This document shows positions 51,805-64,000 of a stretch of DNA of 64,000 bases, in pieces. This DNA is from Neoechinorhynchus agilis (lineage: Eukaryota > Animalia > Acanthocephala): the NCBI GenBank assembly GCA_051530055.1, contig CM121342.1, forward strand, positions 4,525,489 to 4,589,488. Direction: 5' to 3'. Numbering within the stretch: position 1 is the first letter of the stretch; the number at the start of each line of letters is the position of its first letter. The notes below the pieces were generated by a model. The model made no database searches. It was not told where the DNA came from and was given only the letters and a program-made list of their open reading frames with translations. Made by a program: the position numbers and the translations under genes.

Positions 51805-52918
51805 CCGCGGATAAAATATATTTTATTTTTGGATATTTCCAAAAAGATTAAGTTCGGTAACAAACTTGAGAAATAACGACTCGGATGAGGATTAATCTTT
51901 TTGGAAATATCTCAAAATAAATTTTATCCGGACGCGTGGGATTATGGTATCCACAAATCCAAGTCTATCATCCCGAAGGATTTTTTCTTTTTCTGGATGA
52001 ATAATTTCGTAATGTTGGATTTGTGGAGATCATTATCCGCCCGCGGATAAAATATATTTTATTTTTGGATATTTCCAAAAAGATTAAGTTCGGTAACAAG
52101 CTTGAGAAGCAATGACTCGGATGAGGATTAATCTTTTTGGAAATATCTCAAAATAAAATTTATCCGGACGCGTGGGATTATGGTATCCACAAATCCAAGT
52201 CTATCATCCCGAAGGATTTTTTCTTTTTCTGGATGAATAATTTCGTAATGTTGGATTTGTGGAGATCATTATCCGCCCGCGGATAAAATATATTTTATTT
52301 TTGGATATTTCCAAAAAGATTAAGTTCGGTAACAAGCTTGAGAAGCAATGACTCGGATGAGAATTAATCTTTTTGGAAATATCTCAAAATAAAATTTATC
52401 CGGACGCGTGGGATTATGGCATCCACAAATCCAAGTCTATCATCCCGAAGGATTTTTTCTTTTTCTGGATGAATAATTTCGTAATGTTGGATTTGTGGAG
52501 ATCATTATCCGCCCGCGGATAAAATATATTTTATTTTTGGATATTTCCAAAAAGATTAAGTTCGGTAACAAGCTTGAGAAGCAATGACTCGGATGAGAAT
52601 TAATCTTTTTGGAAATATCTCAAAATAAAATTTATCCGGACGCGTGGGATTATGGCATCCACAAATCCAAGTCTATCATCCCGAAGGATTTTTTCTTTTT
52701 CTGGATGAATAATTTCGTAATGTTGGATTTGTGGAGATCATTATCCGCCCGCGGATAAAATATATTTTATTTTTGGATATTTCCAAAAAGATTAAGTTCG
52801 GTAACAAGCTTGAGAAGCAATGACTCGGATGAGAATTAATCTTTTTGGAAATATCTCAAAATAAAATTTATCCGGACGCGTGGGATTATGGCATCCACAA
52901 ATCCAAGTCTATCATCCC
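51805..52918. repeat. Tandem repeat, 236-bp unit, about 4.7 copies, each unit with two hairpins
   Basis: ccgcggataaaa at 51805, 52041, 52277, 52513 and 52749. Confidence 0.95.
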
Positions 52919-53061
52919 TAATGGTCGTGCTCTTATTTTACGATTTCTTGAATAATTCAAGTTATTGAACACTGGTTTATTTTTATTTCTAGTCTCACTG
53001 TGTGACAGAGTAACGGTCTCGAAATCCATTGTCCATGAATTGGTTGGTTGGGTGATTTAAG

Positions 53062-54126
53062 ATGGTGATCACTTTGGGTCTTGAAGGAAGTGCGAACAAG
53101 CTTGGGATTGGTATTCTCAAAGACGACCAAATTCTCTCCAACGTTCGTCAGACTTATGTTTCAAGACCAGGAGAAGGATTCCGTCCCGGTGAAGCCGCTC
53201 GTCATCATTACCACAACATTGTTCCGTTATTGAAGAAAGCGTTGGACGAAGCCAAAGTCACTAAGAATGACATTGATCTCATCTGTTACACGAAGGGTCC
53301 TGGGATGGGTGCATCTTTAGCTTCGGTTGCCATTGTTGCTCGGTGTCTATCTATAATGTGGAAACGTCCACTTGTACCCGTGAACCATTGTGTTGCTCAC
53401 ATTGAGATGGGAAAGCTCGTTACTTCAGCCCGAGATCCGGTATTTTTATACGTTAGTGGTGGAAATACTCAAGTGATTGCAGGCGTTACGATGGACGATG
53501 ATGCTCGATATAGGATATTTGGTGAGACTATCGATATGGCCGTCGGAAACTGTATAGATCGTTTGGCTCGAGCTCTAAAACTAAGCAACGATCCAGCTCC
53601 TGGTTTGAATGTTGAGCGATTAGCAGCCCAAGCTTCTAATGGAGTCTTAATCGACTTACCGTATTGTGTCAAAGGAATGGATGTGAGCTTCTCAGGAATC
53701 GTGACTGCGTTTGAAAAAATTATCCAAGAAGGATGCGTTTTTAGAGGTAAGAAGTATAGCGCTGAAGAGATTTGTTTTAGTGTTCAAGAAACAATATTCG
53801 CCATGCTTGTTGAGATCACTGAACGAACCATGGCTCATGTGGGCTCGAATGAAGTGCTGGTCGTTGGCGGAGTTGGATGTAATGTCCGACTGCAGGAAAT
53901 GATGCGTCTGATGTGTGAACAACGGGGCGCTATGAGTTTTGGAACCGATGAACGGTACTGTGTAGATAATGGAGCTATGATTGCCTTCACTGGCTATAAA
54001 ATGTTCAAGGAATTTGGAAATGATGCTTTCGTTTCGGTGAAAAACTCAATGATTACTCAAAGATTCAGGACAGACGATGTGAACGCGAGATGGCTGATCT
54101 CTGATCGGAAGACAAAACTCGTTTAA
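53062..54126 (+). CDS. OSGEP: t6A tRNA modification enzyme Kae1/OSGEP, intronless
   Basis: [67 protein letters not shown]. Confidence 0.97.
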   Translation: MVITLGLEGSANKLGIGILKDDQILSNVRQTYVSRPGEGFRPGEAARHHYHNIVPLLKKALDEAKVTKNDIDLICYTKGPGMGASLASVAIVARCLSIMWKRPLVPVNHCVAHIEMGKLVTSARDPVFLYVSGGNTQVIAGVTMDDDARYRIFGETIDMAVGNCIDRLARALKLSNDPAPGLNVERLAAQASNGVLIDLPYCVKGMDVSFSGIVTAFEKIIQEGCVFRGKKYSAEEICFSVQETIFAMLVEITERTMAHVGSNEVLVVGGVGCNVRLQEMMRLMCEQRGAMSFGTDERYCVDNGAMIAFTGYKMFKEFGNDAFVSVKNSMITQRFRTDDVNARWLISDRKTKLV

Positions 54127-54659
54127 TTGATAAAATCATCCTTTTCAATGTAGGTATAATATTTTGATTTTTCATCTTTCGGAGGAAAAGTTCATCAATA
54201 CTTGATTTTTTTATTTTAGTTCGATTCAAATATGTCCGTTCATTAATTCGCCTTTGTTTTTTTTTGAACTTTTCCGATTTTCCTTTAATTTCAGAATGCT
54301 TAAACCCACCGGTTTTCCAACTACTGCCACCAGGACGAACATCACATCATGACGCAAAACAAGGTTCAGCGATGAAATTAGCAATCCATTTCAAGACTTC
54401 TGAGACGAGAGTCCGATCAAATCTTTTTCAACGTTAATCTCCACTTCCTGATTTGCTAGATATTTGACATTGCTTTTCTATTGCTACCACAAAATGTGGT
54501 CGATTAAAAATATCCCGTAAATCGGATCTGATTAATAATGCACTTTCTAAGAATGCTTTTGAACTTAATAAGAAAACAACGTCTTCCATCATTGAATTAT
54601 GCCTTCTCTTTTAAATTCTGGAGAGCTAGACACAATGTGGGGCAATTATTTCAGCAAGG

Positions 54660-55040
54660 ATCTTAAGTTTTTGAATGTTAAGGATTATGATTTAGAACAT
54701 CTCTTTCTCGGCTAATTGGTACGCATCGATCCGAGGCTCTGTTTCAGTGTCAAAAGAGTTCAATGTCCACAATTGTTGTTGACTAATAACCAAATGGGAC
54801 GAAATACCTCGTTGAATGGAAGAGGAAACTCACTGATGGCTATCGTCTCCTCCTCAGGAGATATCTGAGGATCCTTAGAGATGAGAGTCTAAGTGATTCA
54901 ATCACTTCTCTGATGTAAGAGATCTGTTTGACTGTATACCAAGGAAAACTAAAAAACCGAAGGGGAGATGTCCCAAAAATTTGAATCAATAGAATCGGCT
55001 TGCCAGTAAGATTTAAGAAGTTTAGGATTAGATTTCAAAA
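54660..55040 (+). mobile_element. Further copy of the hammerhead-core repeat, with inverted termini
   Basis: GGACGAAATACCTC..CTCACTGATG..GATATCTGAGGATCC at 54797-54873. The left end is the inverse of the right end. Confidence 0.65.
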
Positions 55041-55099
55041 ATGTAACGGAGTATTCAGTTTCGGACGAAGTCCCTAACTTTCTTTCACGATGATCGGAC

Positions 55100-55725
55100 T
55101 TGATGTTACTGATTCTTGTCGGTCACGTAAAAGAAGCAGCTCCGGCGGCCAGACAGCTACTGTCAACGCTGGGTCGGTGTGCTGCTCCAATTGGTGATGC
55201 GGCAGCGAACGGGAGCAACAAAATCCACCAGTGCAACGGGAAATAGCGAGGGCGTCGTAGCTCTCGCCGACGACTTGAACGTCGAAATGAGCGAAACTGT
55301 CGCCGGAGGCAACGAAAGCGTCAGTCGAAGCTAATCACCGTGATGGGTACGGACTGTTCAGGTGGCGGGTGCTCGGGTATCTGCTAAGTTAAATAATGGA
55401 GACATCCGAGGGGCTTTACGCATCTTATCCTCAAAGACCACGTTCTGCGAACCCTCCTCTTCGACCTTAGTCGCCCTAAAGGAGAAGCACCCTGCGCCAA
55501 CAACTATCACCCGTCCTTACTACTGATCCCATTGATCCCATTACCGACGAGGAGCTGAATCGTGGAATATTTTCTTTTGCCAATGGTTCAGGGCACGGCG
55601 TCGGTGGTTTACCTCCTCAACACCCAAAAGATATGGTCTTTTTCGCTTCAGCTGCGAGTGACACCCTTGCGGAGTCTAATTCTATTTGACGGGCTTATAC
55701 CTACGGTGCAAGGTAGGAAAGTACC
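55100..55725 (+). mobile_element. RTE 5' end (to about 55366) fused to an internal CRE-like RT N-terminal fragment
   Basis: Matches 13670-13907, then SAKLNNGDIRGALRILSS..LKEKHP..FSFANGSGHGVGGLPPQHPKDM. Confidence 0.7.
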
Positions 55726-55777
55726 GTTGCATACAACAACATACAACACCAACTTCAGGCTTTCAATTAAACAAAAG

Positions 55778-56593
55778 TCATTGATCTCCAAACAAACTGA
55801 ACGATCCACATGACTCGCATTCAACAAACGGTTCACAATAAATGGCCATGCACGACCGGCACAGATAGCAAATGTTGGCGGCGACATTGTGGCAAAAGCA
55901 AGTTGGAGTGATCGTCCTTGCGGTAATGTTCATGCCACTTTCTTTGTCCTGCTGAGTTGTACAAAGCTTCGTGGGGCATAAAACGGTAGTCAAAAGGTCT
56001 GACCAAAGTCCGTCAAGTGAGCGAAAGCACAAAAAAACTCCAGAAGTTAAAGAAGATGCTTGCTTAAACATCGTCTCCATTTCTTCTTCCTTGGAGTTTT
56101 GTTTTGGAATTGAAGCTTGTAAAAGGATCGTGTCCGTTGGAATCGAGAGCTTCTCACATGAGAACGCACAGTTGAAGAAATCCATTTGTCGGACGTAGAA
56201 CTCGGAACCGGGGACGATGAGTATTATCCTTTTTTTGGCGTTACGGCGATGAGCAGGATGCGATTGGAAATGAAGTGTTGATTTGATCATTGCTCGGATT
56301 AGACCTTTGTTGTAGGCGGTAACATCGGTTGAGTTTCGGTGGTCGTCGATAAATGTGTCAAGTTTTGCTTGGAGCTCTTCTTTGGACTCAGTCAAAAATC
56401 CTCTGGATGCGGTTAGAGGGAGACAGGTATTGCGAAATGTGAGATAAACCACTGTTCGGTTCAACTCACTGCATGCAATAAATGCATCGTTGAACATACA
56501 AAGCTGATCAATGAGTTCTCGGAGTTTGAACTTTCGGTCGGCTGCGTACCAGAACGCTATTTCACAATTCACGACGATTGCAAGGGAGGTCAT
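55778..56593 (-). CDS. GTF2H3: TFIIH subunit p34/Tfb4, intronless, copy B
   Basis: Translated 271-aa sequence is the same as copy A in the ORF track. Confidence 0.85.
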   Translation of the reverse strand: MTSLAIVVNCEIAFWYAADRKFKLRELIDQLCMFNDAFIACSELNRTVVYLTFRNTCLPLTASRGFLTESKEELQAKLDTFIDDHRNSTDVTAYNKGLIRAMIKSTLHFQSHPAHRRNAKKRIILIVPGSEFYVRQMDFFNCAFSCEKLSIPTDTILLQASIPKQNSKEEEMETMFKQASSLTSGVFLCFRSLDGLWSDLLTTVLCPTKLCTTQQDKESGMNITARTITPTCFCHNVAANICYLCRSCMAIYCEPFVECESCGSFSLFGDQ

Positions 56594-57027
56594 CTCAGGC
56601 TTTCTTTTCGTATCTAAAAAATCAACGAGTTTGCATTAAAAAGAATTTTCATCTACATATTCTTTGGAGGATCGAAAACTTAATAGGAATCAGCACCAAT
56701 CAACATTTTTTACTTATGTAACTTTACGGCAGTATCCGGTTATTACCTGCGGTGTTCTATTAAATAATAAATCGTTTTTGACATTAAGTTTACCAATTTT
56801 GAATATTTAAATCTTTATTGCTTAAAATGCACGTGATTTGCTTTTCGCATTTTCATAAATGTTTTCGAAAAAGAATAAGCGTGCAAATCGTTTATCTATG
56901 AAGAAGAAACGAGCTCACTTGTGTTAATAGCGGATTAGTTGATATCGGCGTAAAATCACACGGCCTCTAAAGTTCTCCTTTTATTTACCTACTTTCTTTA
57001 CATCTTCTCTCTAAAGCGATCTTCAGT

Positions 57028-57678
57028 ATGAACTCTATGAACACTTTCTACATTCTATTCGTCGCTTTAACGACAGCGATTTCGTTGCCCAAAAAAACAT
57101 TTAATTGGTCAGCTTCATTAGCTGCCCAAAGCAGTCTGAATAATCATTCATTGTTGCCATACGCAAAATCAAACAATTCCATGGAACCAATTCGTAACTA
57201 TTCGAATTCAACATCTACATATTTATCCGATTGGGTACATAGACTTCAATCCTTTGGATTTGGATTTAATTCATTTGATGATTTTGACTACGACTACGGT
57301 CTTTCTATCAATTATATTGATAACTCCAATAGCCGCGGGACTCTTATAGAAAATTCGTCGACGATTTCAGACAATTTTAGCGAGCATTATTTTTCGAATA
57401 TAATACCGCGATTTAATAAAGTCTATCTTGAACGACACCAGCGTATCAAAAATATCAGCAATTATCTATCCGATAATATATACGTGATTTATTGGATTTG
57501 TCTTATAGTGATGCTCTTAGCAATTTTTCAAACAGTTTCATGGTGTTTGGTTCTCTCAAAAGCTTGCTTTGTATATTTTAAAAATGTCAGAACACCTAAA
57601 GTCAAAATAACAAAATCAATTCTAGATCGCAAAACACAAGAAACGCAACACAAGCTTATAATTCGTTTGATTCGATAA
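57028..57678 (+). CDS. Orphan type I membrane protein (216 aa)
   Basis: Hydrophobic N-terminus, Asn/Ser-rich ectodomain with many N-x-S/T sites, one TM segment (IYVIYWICLIVMLLAIF..), basic tail. Confidence 0.65.
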   Translation: MNSMNTFYILFVALTTAISLPKKTFNWSASLAAQSSLNNHSLLPYAKSNNSMEPIRNYSNSTSTYLSDWVHRLQSFGFGFNSFDDFDYDYGLSINYIDNSNSRGTLIENSSTISDNFSEHYFSNIIPRFNKVYLERHQRIKNISNYLSDNIYVIYWICLIVMLLAIFQTVSWCLVLSKACFVYFKNVRTPKVKITKSILDRKTQETQHKLIIRLIR

Positions 57679-57827
57679 ATATCATGTAAAAAATGAAATT
57701 ATTGTGATTAAATTTACAAATAAATGTTTTTATAAAGTCATAGATATACTTTAAAACGTTCTTGCAATGATACAGCAACACTTCGTCGTTATAGCATTTT
57801 ATAAACAATTTTTTATTTAATAAGCGT

Positions 57828-58572
57828 CATTAAATAATGACAAATATCACTCAGCCAATAAGATTGCAGCTTTTTGAAAAAAAAGAAAATGCAGCACTAA
57901 AAAACTATCAAATCAAATTCCAGGGTTAGTCTTCTCTGATGATCATGGTGTTTCAGATTGCCATGAAGAAAAATATTAGCTGATTTATACTTTTACTTTT
58001 TATCGTGTCAAAGAATTCGTCATTAAATAATCACAAATATCACTCAGCCAATAGGATTGCAGCTTTTTGAAAAAAGAAAATGCAGCACTAACAACTATCA
58101 AATAAAATTTCAGGGTTAGTCCTTTCTGATGATCATGGTATTTCAGATTACCATGAAGAAAAATATGGTAAAATGCTTCAACTTTTGCTGATTTATACTT
58201 TTACCTTTTATCGTGATATAAAAGCGTTTAAAAAATCAAATAGATTTTAGTGATACATTGTTTGTATGTCTTTTAAAATATTAGACAAAAAAAGGGTAAA
58301 TGTATCGTTTCAAAGAATTCGTCATTAAATAATCACAAATATCACTCAGCCAATGAGACTGCAGCTTTTTGAAAAAAAAGAAAATGCAGCACTAAAGACT
58401 ATCAAATAAAATTCCAGGGTTAGTCTTCTCTGATGATCATGGTATTTAAGATTGCCATGAAGAAAAATATGGTAAAATGCTTCAACTTTTGCTGATTTAT
58501 ACTTTTACCTTTTATCGTGATATAAAAGCGTTTAAAAAATCAAATAGATTTTAGTGATACATTGTTTGTATT
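57828..58572. repeat. Three diverged tandem copies (about 190-300 bp)
   Basis: cattaaataat(g/c)acaaatatcactcagccaat at about 57828, 58021 and 58323. Confidence 0.85.
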
Positions 58573-58614
58573 TTTTTTAATCGAAAATATTTTATTTCAA
58601 TCAATCTTCATTTC

Positions 58615-59530
58615 TCGACAATTAATACACTCACCACCTCCCGCCCAATTCCAGCTTTTGTCCTTCCTCGACCGTCGCTCGTTGTACTGCGAGCGAGATA
58701 TTTTGTCGAAGGAATACACCTCCTCCTGAGTCTCCGGTCGTTTCTCTCAATTTCTTCGAGAGATCCTGAGTGAGTGCCGAGCTGCCGAGCGCTCCATACG
58801 TCTCTACCCCAAAGGGGACAAAATGGTGAGCACTCGATAACTGAATATATTTCCGTATTTTCCTCCCTTCCGCTGCACTGGCGGCACCACCAGCGATTTC
58901 GAGGGAGTAGGGGATGTTGCTGGCTGCGAGGGTGTCCCAGAGAAGGCATTTGCCCTCCCGCCACGGGAAGACCGAAATTCCATCGGGCCTACGGCCGTCT
59001 AGTCGACAAAAGTGGGCGGGTTCCAGGATGTTCGGGAAGTTCGCCGTTCTCAACGCCCGAGAAATTGCGTTATTGATTTCAGAATGGCGTGAGAACCTTC
59101 CTCCTGACTTTCGGCAAACGAGACCGTGTCGCCCGAAAGCATCAACCAAAGACCCACATCGACAGCGATGGGGCGTGCGTATCGGGAGACCAAGTCTTAA
59201 GGATACTGCGATCCTCGTTGCCTCGTCAGTAAGAAGAGTTTACACTGATGCCACAGGAACAGCCTCCAACCACGCCCCAGATTCTCGTGTTGAAACTGCC
59301 AACAGTCTAGCTCGGACGACCCTATCGCGAGAACCTGAAATTAGAGAGTTGTGAGCTCTCGCGACGAGAGTTCTGTCCCAGATCGACTGTCTGAGGCCAT
59401 TCACGGGAACATGGTTAGCGCCTGTCTGCTGGCACCATTCCTCAACCGCCACCACGAAATCCCGGTCAAGACAGAACTTTCCCCTCAGAATTTTTTTCGA
59501 TGGTGCTTTGAGAAGAGAGCTTTTCAAAAG
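58615..59530 (-). mobile_element. CRE-like LINE 3' portion with CCHC knuckle and restriction-like endonuclease, decayed
   Basis: SGAWL, AVSLRLG, CRCGSLVDAFGRHGLVC, RHSEIN, RPDG, FVPFGVETYG, FLRQNISLAVQR. Contains an in-frame stop and deletions. Confidence 0.88.
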
Positions 59531-59553
59531 ACTTTTACACTCATTTTAAATCA

Positions 59554-61579
59554 TTAGACAATTAAGTAAGACATTTCTTTGTTAATGTCTTCAAACCAGA
59601 CATATCCGTTAAAAATCTATTTAAAAATAACAATAATCATTCACTTAAAACTCTTAAAGATTGTAGATTACTTTAATACTTGTATTATACAATCCAATTA
59701 TATTCACCGATTGATGAATTTTGAAAGGTTTACTGTAAAATTCGTGTATTGGATTGCTTGAAATATTAAGACTTTGCAGATTGCTAAGGTCAGACAAATG
59801 ATGAGATGGAAAGAGTGAGAATCCATTATTTGCCATATGAAGAAAGATGAGTTGATCAAGACCGTAAAACAAGTGAAAAACGTCAATATCTTTCAATTGA
59901 TTATTGGCGAGATCGAGTGTTTTTAACCGAGGAATGTTTCTAAACGCTCGAGGAGCAATTTTGTGAATCCGATTAAACTGCAGACAAAGAAATTCAAGAG
60001 CTCTCAAGCCTTCAAAATCGTCGTAAGTAATTTCCGATATTTCGTTATGACTTAAATCGAGTGAGAACGTATTAGGAACGATAAACAGTATAACATCTTG
60101 AATTTGAGTCAGTTTTTTCCCAGTTAAATGAAGAGTTGAATTTGCTGTATAATTATAGAATGTTATCATATCGTTTACATTAGCAGCCAATCGTGTCGGT
60201 TCCGGCATATATTTGGCAAGATGGCGAAGCGTTAGAATTGTATCGGTAAGCTCACTGTTATTGTATATTAGAACATTAATGGGATTATTTTTTAGAAGAC
60301 AATAATCGATCGTTTTAGAAGCCATTGAATCTGTATTGATACCTGTAATAAAGTTGTCAGACACGTCCAAATGCCGTAAATTTTTAACGTTTTTAAAAAT
60401 GCCATTGGTGAGAACAATTAAATTTGTTTCTGTCAATATGAGTTGACGAAGTAATTTGTTGTTTTGTAAAATTTCCGATGGAAGCGAATGCAACTTATTA
60501 TGACCGAGGTTAAGTATTTCAAGTCTTTTCAGTAAAGAAAATGCATTCTTGGATATCTGTGAGATTCTGTTCCATGACACGTCCAACTTGATAACATTTG
60601 TCCACGAATAGAAGCTGTTTTGATGAATTATTTTTAAACGATTTCCTCTTAGAATCAACGTCTCTGTCCGATTATTTCCACGAGGAACTTCTTCGAGATT
60701 CGAACGGAGAATCTCCACAAGATTGATTTCGGGCATTCTGGTTATAAATGTTGAATCAACATAATGAGCGATTCCACCATATACAGTAAATTCCTTCAAT
60801 TTTTCGAATTGAAATTCATCTTTGAACAATTCGTTTAAATCTTGTTGGTATGAAAATTGTAGAGTTTTTAGATTTTTAAGTTTAGCTAATTGACTCATAT
60901 TTATCTCATTTAAATTATTATCATTGATCCGTATATTTTCCAGTCTATAAAAATTGAATTGATTGGTTAGCACAAATCGTTTAATTAAATTATTCGTCAA
61001 GTCTAAAGTCTTCAACATTTTCATTCTCTTAATAACATTTAAGCAATCATTGCTTAAACCATTATTAGACAAATGTAATGATTGAAGATTATAAAGATCC
61101 ACATGCATATTTATGCCCAATCGCCATAAATTATTTTCACTTAAATCGAGATGGTTCAAATTGTAAAACCCTTGAAAAGCGTCATCTTCGATATATCCAA
61201 ATCTTGCATTTTGAATTTCAAGTCTTCTAGAATGCCTGAATTTACGAATAAGAGATTTCGTGATTGTAATAATCGCATCTTCATTTCTTTTGCAATATAT
61301 TGATACGTCCGAAACGCTTGGAAAGATGTGATCGTTACTGCTTACAATGTCATAGAAAAAAGCAAATTCTATTTTGATTCGATTGATTGATCCATTTGTT
61401 TCTATACTGTTCAAAACACTTGATAGCGACTTGCTGGATTTAATATTTGGGCACACAATGTACACTCCATCGTATTTTTGGTATTGAATTGACCATCCAT
61501 TTTGTACGGCATTACCATAGCAAAAGTCAAATCCGATGATTAGAACGAGTAATGCGTTCAAAATAGGGAGAAATTTCAT
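59554..61579 (-). CDS. Secreted leucine-rich-repeat protein (Toll/slit-like ectodomain only)
   Basis: ATG at 61579, signal-peptide-like start, many LxxLxLxxN repeats. Ends at 59654 if unspliced, or at 59554 via a short GT-AG intron. No TM or TIR domain seen. Confidence 0.8.
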
Positions 61580-62358
61580 TCTAGTAAAAGCGTCAAATTT
61601 GAGACGAATCACTGTAGTTTTAGTTAGAAATGAAAAAGCATTACATCATTTCTTATTACTCACGCTCCTCTTTTTTTGTCAACAAAGATATTTTTGTGAT
61701 TTATACGATTGACGGAGACAATGAACAACGTCGAGTATCTTAGTTTAAGGCAAAAATTAAAACAATCAAGTTATTTGAATACTCCAAGGGGAAAATAAGT
61801 TTCTTTGAAAAAAATTTCGCTTAACTTTTCCTTAAACAAAGTAGATTTTCTGGTTTAAAAAAATTAACATTGGGCCCATAATATTGAACCGTTTAATGTT
61901 AATCTATTTTTTTCTTTGAAGCTTTTTTTCAGACTTACACCGCCGCGTTCTTTGGATCGCCAGTGATTCGTCTCAATCTCTTTTCGACAATTGATTGACC
62001 AGTTCTTAAGCTGCGGTACCAAACGATCCGAATGTATCGACGAAAAAATGATTTCGAATCGCATTTTATAGAAAATCGAATAAAGGATATTTAAATCGAG
62101 ATAAAGCATTAAAAAGATGTGGTACTTTCCTCGTTTTCGAAATATTTCGCCAACACTAAAATGATTTTTAACCACAAGTCAAAGTTTACCATCTTGAAGG
62201 ATCTTCTGTTATCCGAGGGTTTAAATCGATATTTTTGACTCTTAAGAAAAAAGTGAATTTGCATATATTGAGATTTCATATCGCCAAAAACCCAAGTCAA
62301 TTGACTTTTTTGGATACAAAATCAATTCAATTGCTTTTAATGGAAAAAATTAGAGCAC

Positions 62359-63297
62359 TTATTCGTTTTCTTTGTTCATTGTTCTAAATTTAAGATGTTT
62401 AATAAGCGTGGACCACGTGAGTTTGTCGTAACAATTTGAACATTGCCCTTCTATTGGAATTAATTCCCTATTTTTTGCAGATCCTATGAATTGAACAGCA
62501 AGGCAATGAAGGTGGAACCAGACTTTGCAATTAGGACATTGAAGAGAATTCTAAACGGATGGTCTATGTTGAACTAAGAAGTGATCACTTACCGAACTTA
62601 ATTCCTGCTTACACAATTCACATTTGGTCTGAATATCTTTTTCTACATTTGCGATTTCATTCTGCTGCGGCTGCTGCTGCTCTATTGAGAACAGAATCAA
62701 TCGTAGATAATTAATTTTGATTCTCATCATCTAATGCTACAACGCTCATAAGGTCACACCTTCTGATTTGAAGTTGATTCACGTACAAGCCAAGTGGTCT
62801 TTCCCATTCATTTATACCGTTGTTTGTAATCCAATTTACATTAAGGTTTAATCTGCTCCAAGGACCCACTTGAAGCATATGGCCCAAAACATTGAGTTTG
62901 AAATCTACGTTGTACTTTTTAGATTTGGGTAAAAGGTGTTTTAATCTAGTGGACTTTTCGGGATTCTGCCAAGCCCATTCAAACTATAAGAGGTGTTGAG
63001 ACTTTGGGTAATTCAAGGAAATGATACCCGAAGTCCAGATATTTCATTGGGAAATCCAGATACAACTACGACAGATCGCCATGGTCCACGTCCATTTGTT
63101 TTGCGAGCTCCGCCTTTTGAACATCCTCTATTGTGCTGATTGAGTCGACGGTCAGGATCAACAGTATAACCAATGTACGTGGCTCCTTTTCGACGCTCAT
63201 TGAGACTATAAAGTAGATAGCAGCAGTGACAGAGACTCGAACTGCGCGATCGGATTAATTCGCATTCATCCGATGAGGTGTCAGTTGAAGTATTCAT
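62359..63297 (-). CDS. SLX1: Structure-specific endonuclease subunit SLX1, spliced
   Basis: [41 protein letters not shown]-terminal [26 protein letters not shown]. Confidence 0.92.
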
Positions 63298-63372
63298 CTA
63301 AAATTCAAAGTATGAAATTCACAACAACAGCTTAAAGTCTTATCTAAACCCGGAATTTATTAGGGGTTTTTT

Positions 63373-64000
63373 TCATCGTGGACCTCTCTGATCAGAGGTG
63401 CAATCGTCGGTATTGAAAGGACAACGCGGTCCACTTGCTCTCGATGAGTACTGTCCGGTCAAGTTAGGAAAATTGCGCTGGTGCATTCCGTATAAATACC
63501 GTTCCCGATTGATCAAATGTGATTGCTGTTGTTGATTCATTGTGTACCGCAACGATTCACTATTGTTAAGATTGTTTTGTTGTTGCATCATGTGCTGATA
63601 AGTGGATAGAGTATGAATGGGTGGAAGAGGAGTTTCGCCTGGCTGTTGAGATCTTTGAGATGGAGTATCCTGAGGATACTGATGAAATCGCGGCGTTTGG
63701 TACGAATAATGTTGCCTTGGGAGTGCAAAATGCGACGGATTTGGTGGTACGGACGAATACACTCCGAGTTGCCTTCTGTTATTGTTATACATTACATGCT
63801 GATCTGATATAAGTGAATGTTCATTTCGATGGCCACTTCCTAACACATCATGTTGATATGGTTCTCGAATGGGAAACATTATTGTTTTTCCACCGACACT
63901 GTGCATCCATTGAACAACGTCCCGAGAAATTCGGTACACTTTCGCAATGTCATCAAGTCCTCCAAACTCGAGATCTAAACGAGGAATCGTAAACTCGTTT
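63373..64000 (-). CDS. 3' part of an unidentified gene with a Q/P/S-rich tail
   Basis: Frame stays open to the window edge (NEFTIPRLDLEFGGLDDIAKVYRISRDVVQW..). Confidence 0.5.
   Translation of the reverse strand, partial: NEFTIPRLDLEFGGLDDIAKVYRISRDVVQWMHSVGGKTIMFPIREPYQHDVLGSGHRNEHSLISDQHVMYNNNRRQLGVYSSVPPNPSHFALPRQHYSYQTPRFHQYPQDTPSQRSQQPGETPLPPIHTLSTYQHMMQQQNNLNNSESLRYTMNQQQQSHLINRERYLYGMHQRNFPNLTGQYSSRASGPRCPFNTDDCTSDQRGPR

Noticed and set aside
57935-57975. CTGATGA-TCATGG..CCATGA-AGAAA hammerhead-like motif in the 57.8-58.6 kb repeat
   Set aside because: No G10.1-C11.1 pair, GAAA is displaced, and stems I and III are not convincing.

Overview
Gene-dense, AT-rich eukaryotic DNA, most likely from a compact-genome animal. 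It has GT-AG introns of about 45-50 nt, and PRPSAP-, RPUSD4-, DNAJB11- and p22phox-like genes. The species cannot be named from sequence alone. Recognisable genes are PRPSAP-like (partial), FIG4, GTF2H3/Tfb4 (two copies with identical protein), BUD23-like, RPUSD4, DPM3, EDF1/MBF1, CYBA/p22phox-like, DNAJB11, CHTF18, QTRT1, OSGEP, a secreted LRR protein and SLX1, plus several orphans. Between the genes lie a decayed RTE-type LINE, six CRE-like (restriction-like endonuclease) LINE fragments, many hairpin or MITE-like elements and about nine tandem arrays, including a 4.3 kb satellite with a 168-bp unit. The most notable signal is hammerhead-ribozyme (HHR)-like sequence in three settings. First, a tRNA-headed SINE-like repeat carries all HHR core strands, but in a non-canonical order. 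Second, a 15-unit array repeats a complete Penelope-type GIY-YIG domain plus a minimal HHR, with no RT nearby. Third, small inverted-repeat elements carry a minimal HHR in each arm. Gene names come from recalled motifs and exon boundaries from manual reading. No database search was run.
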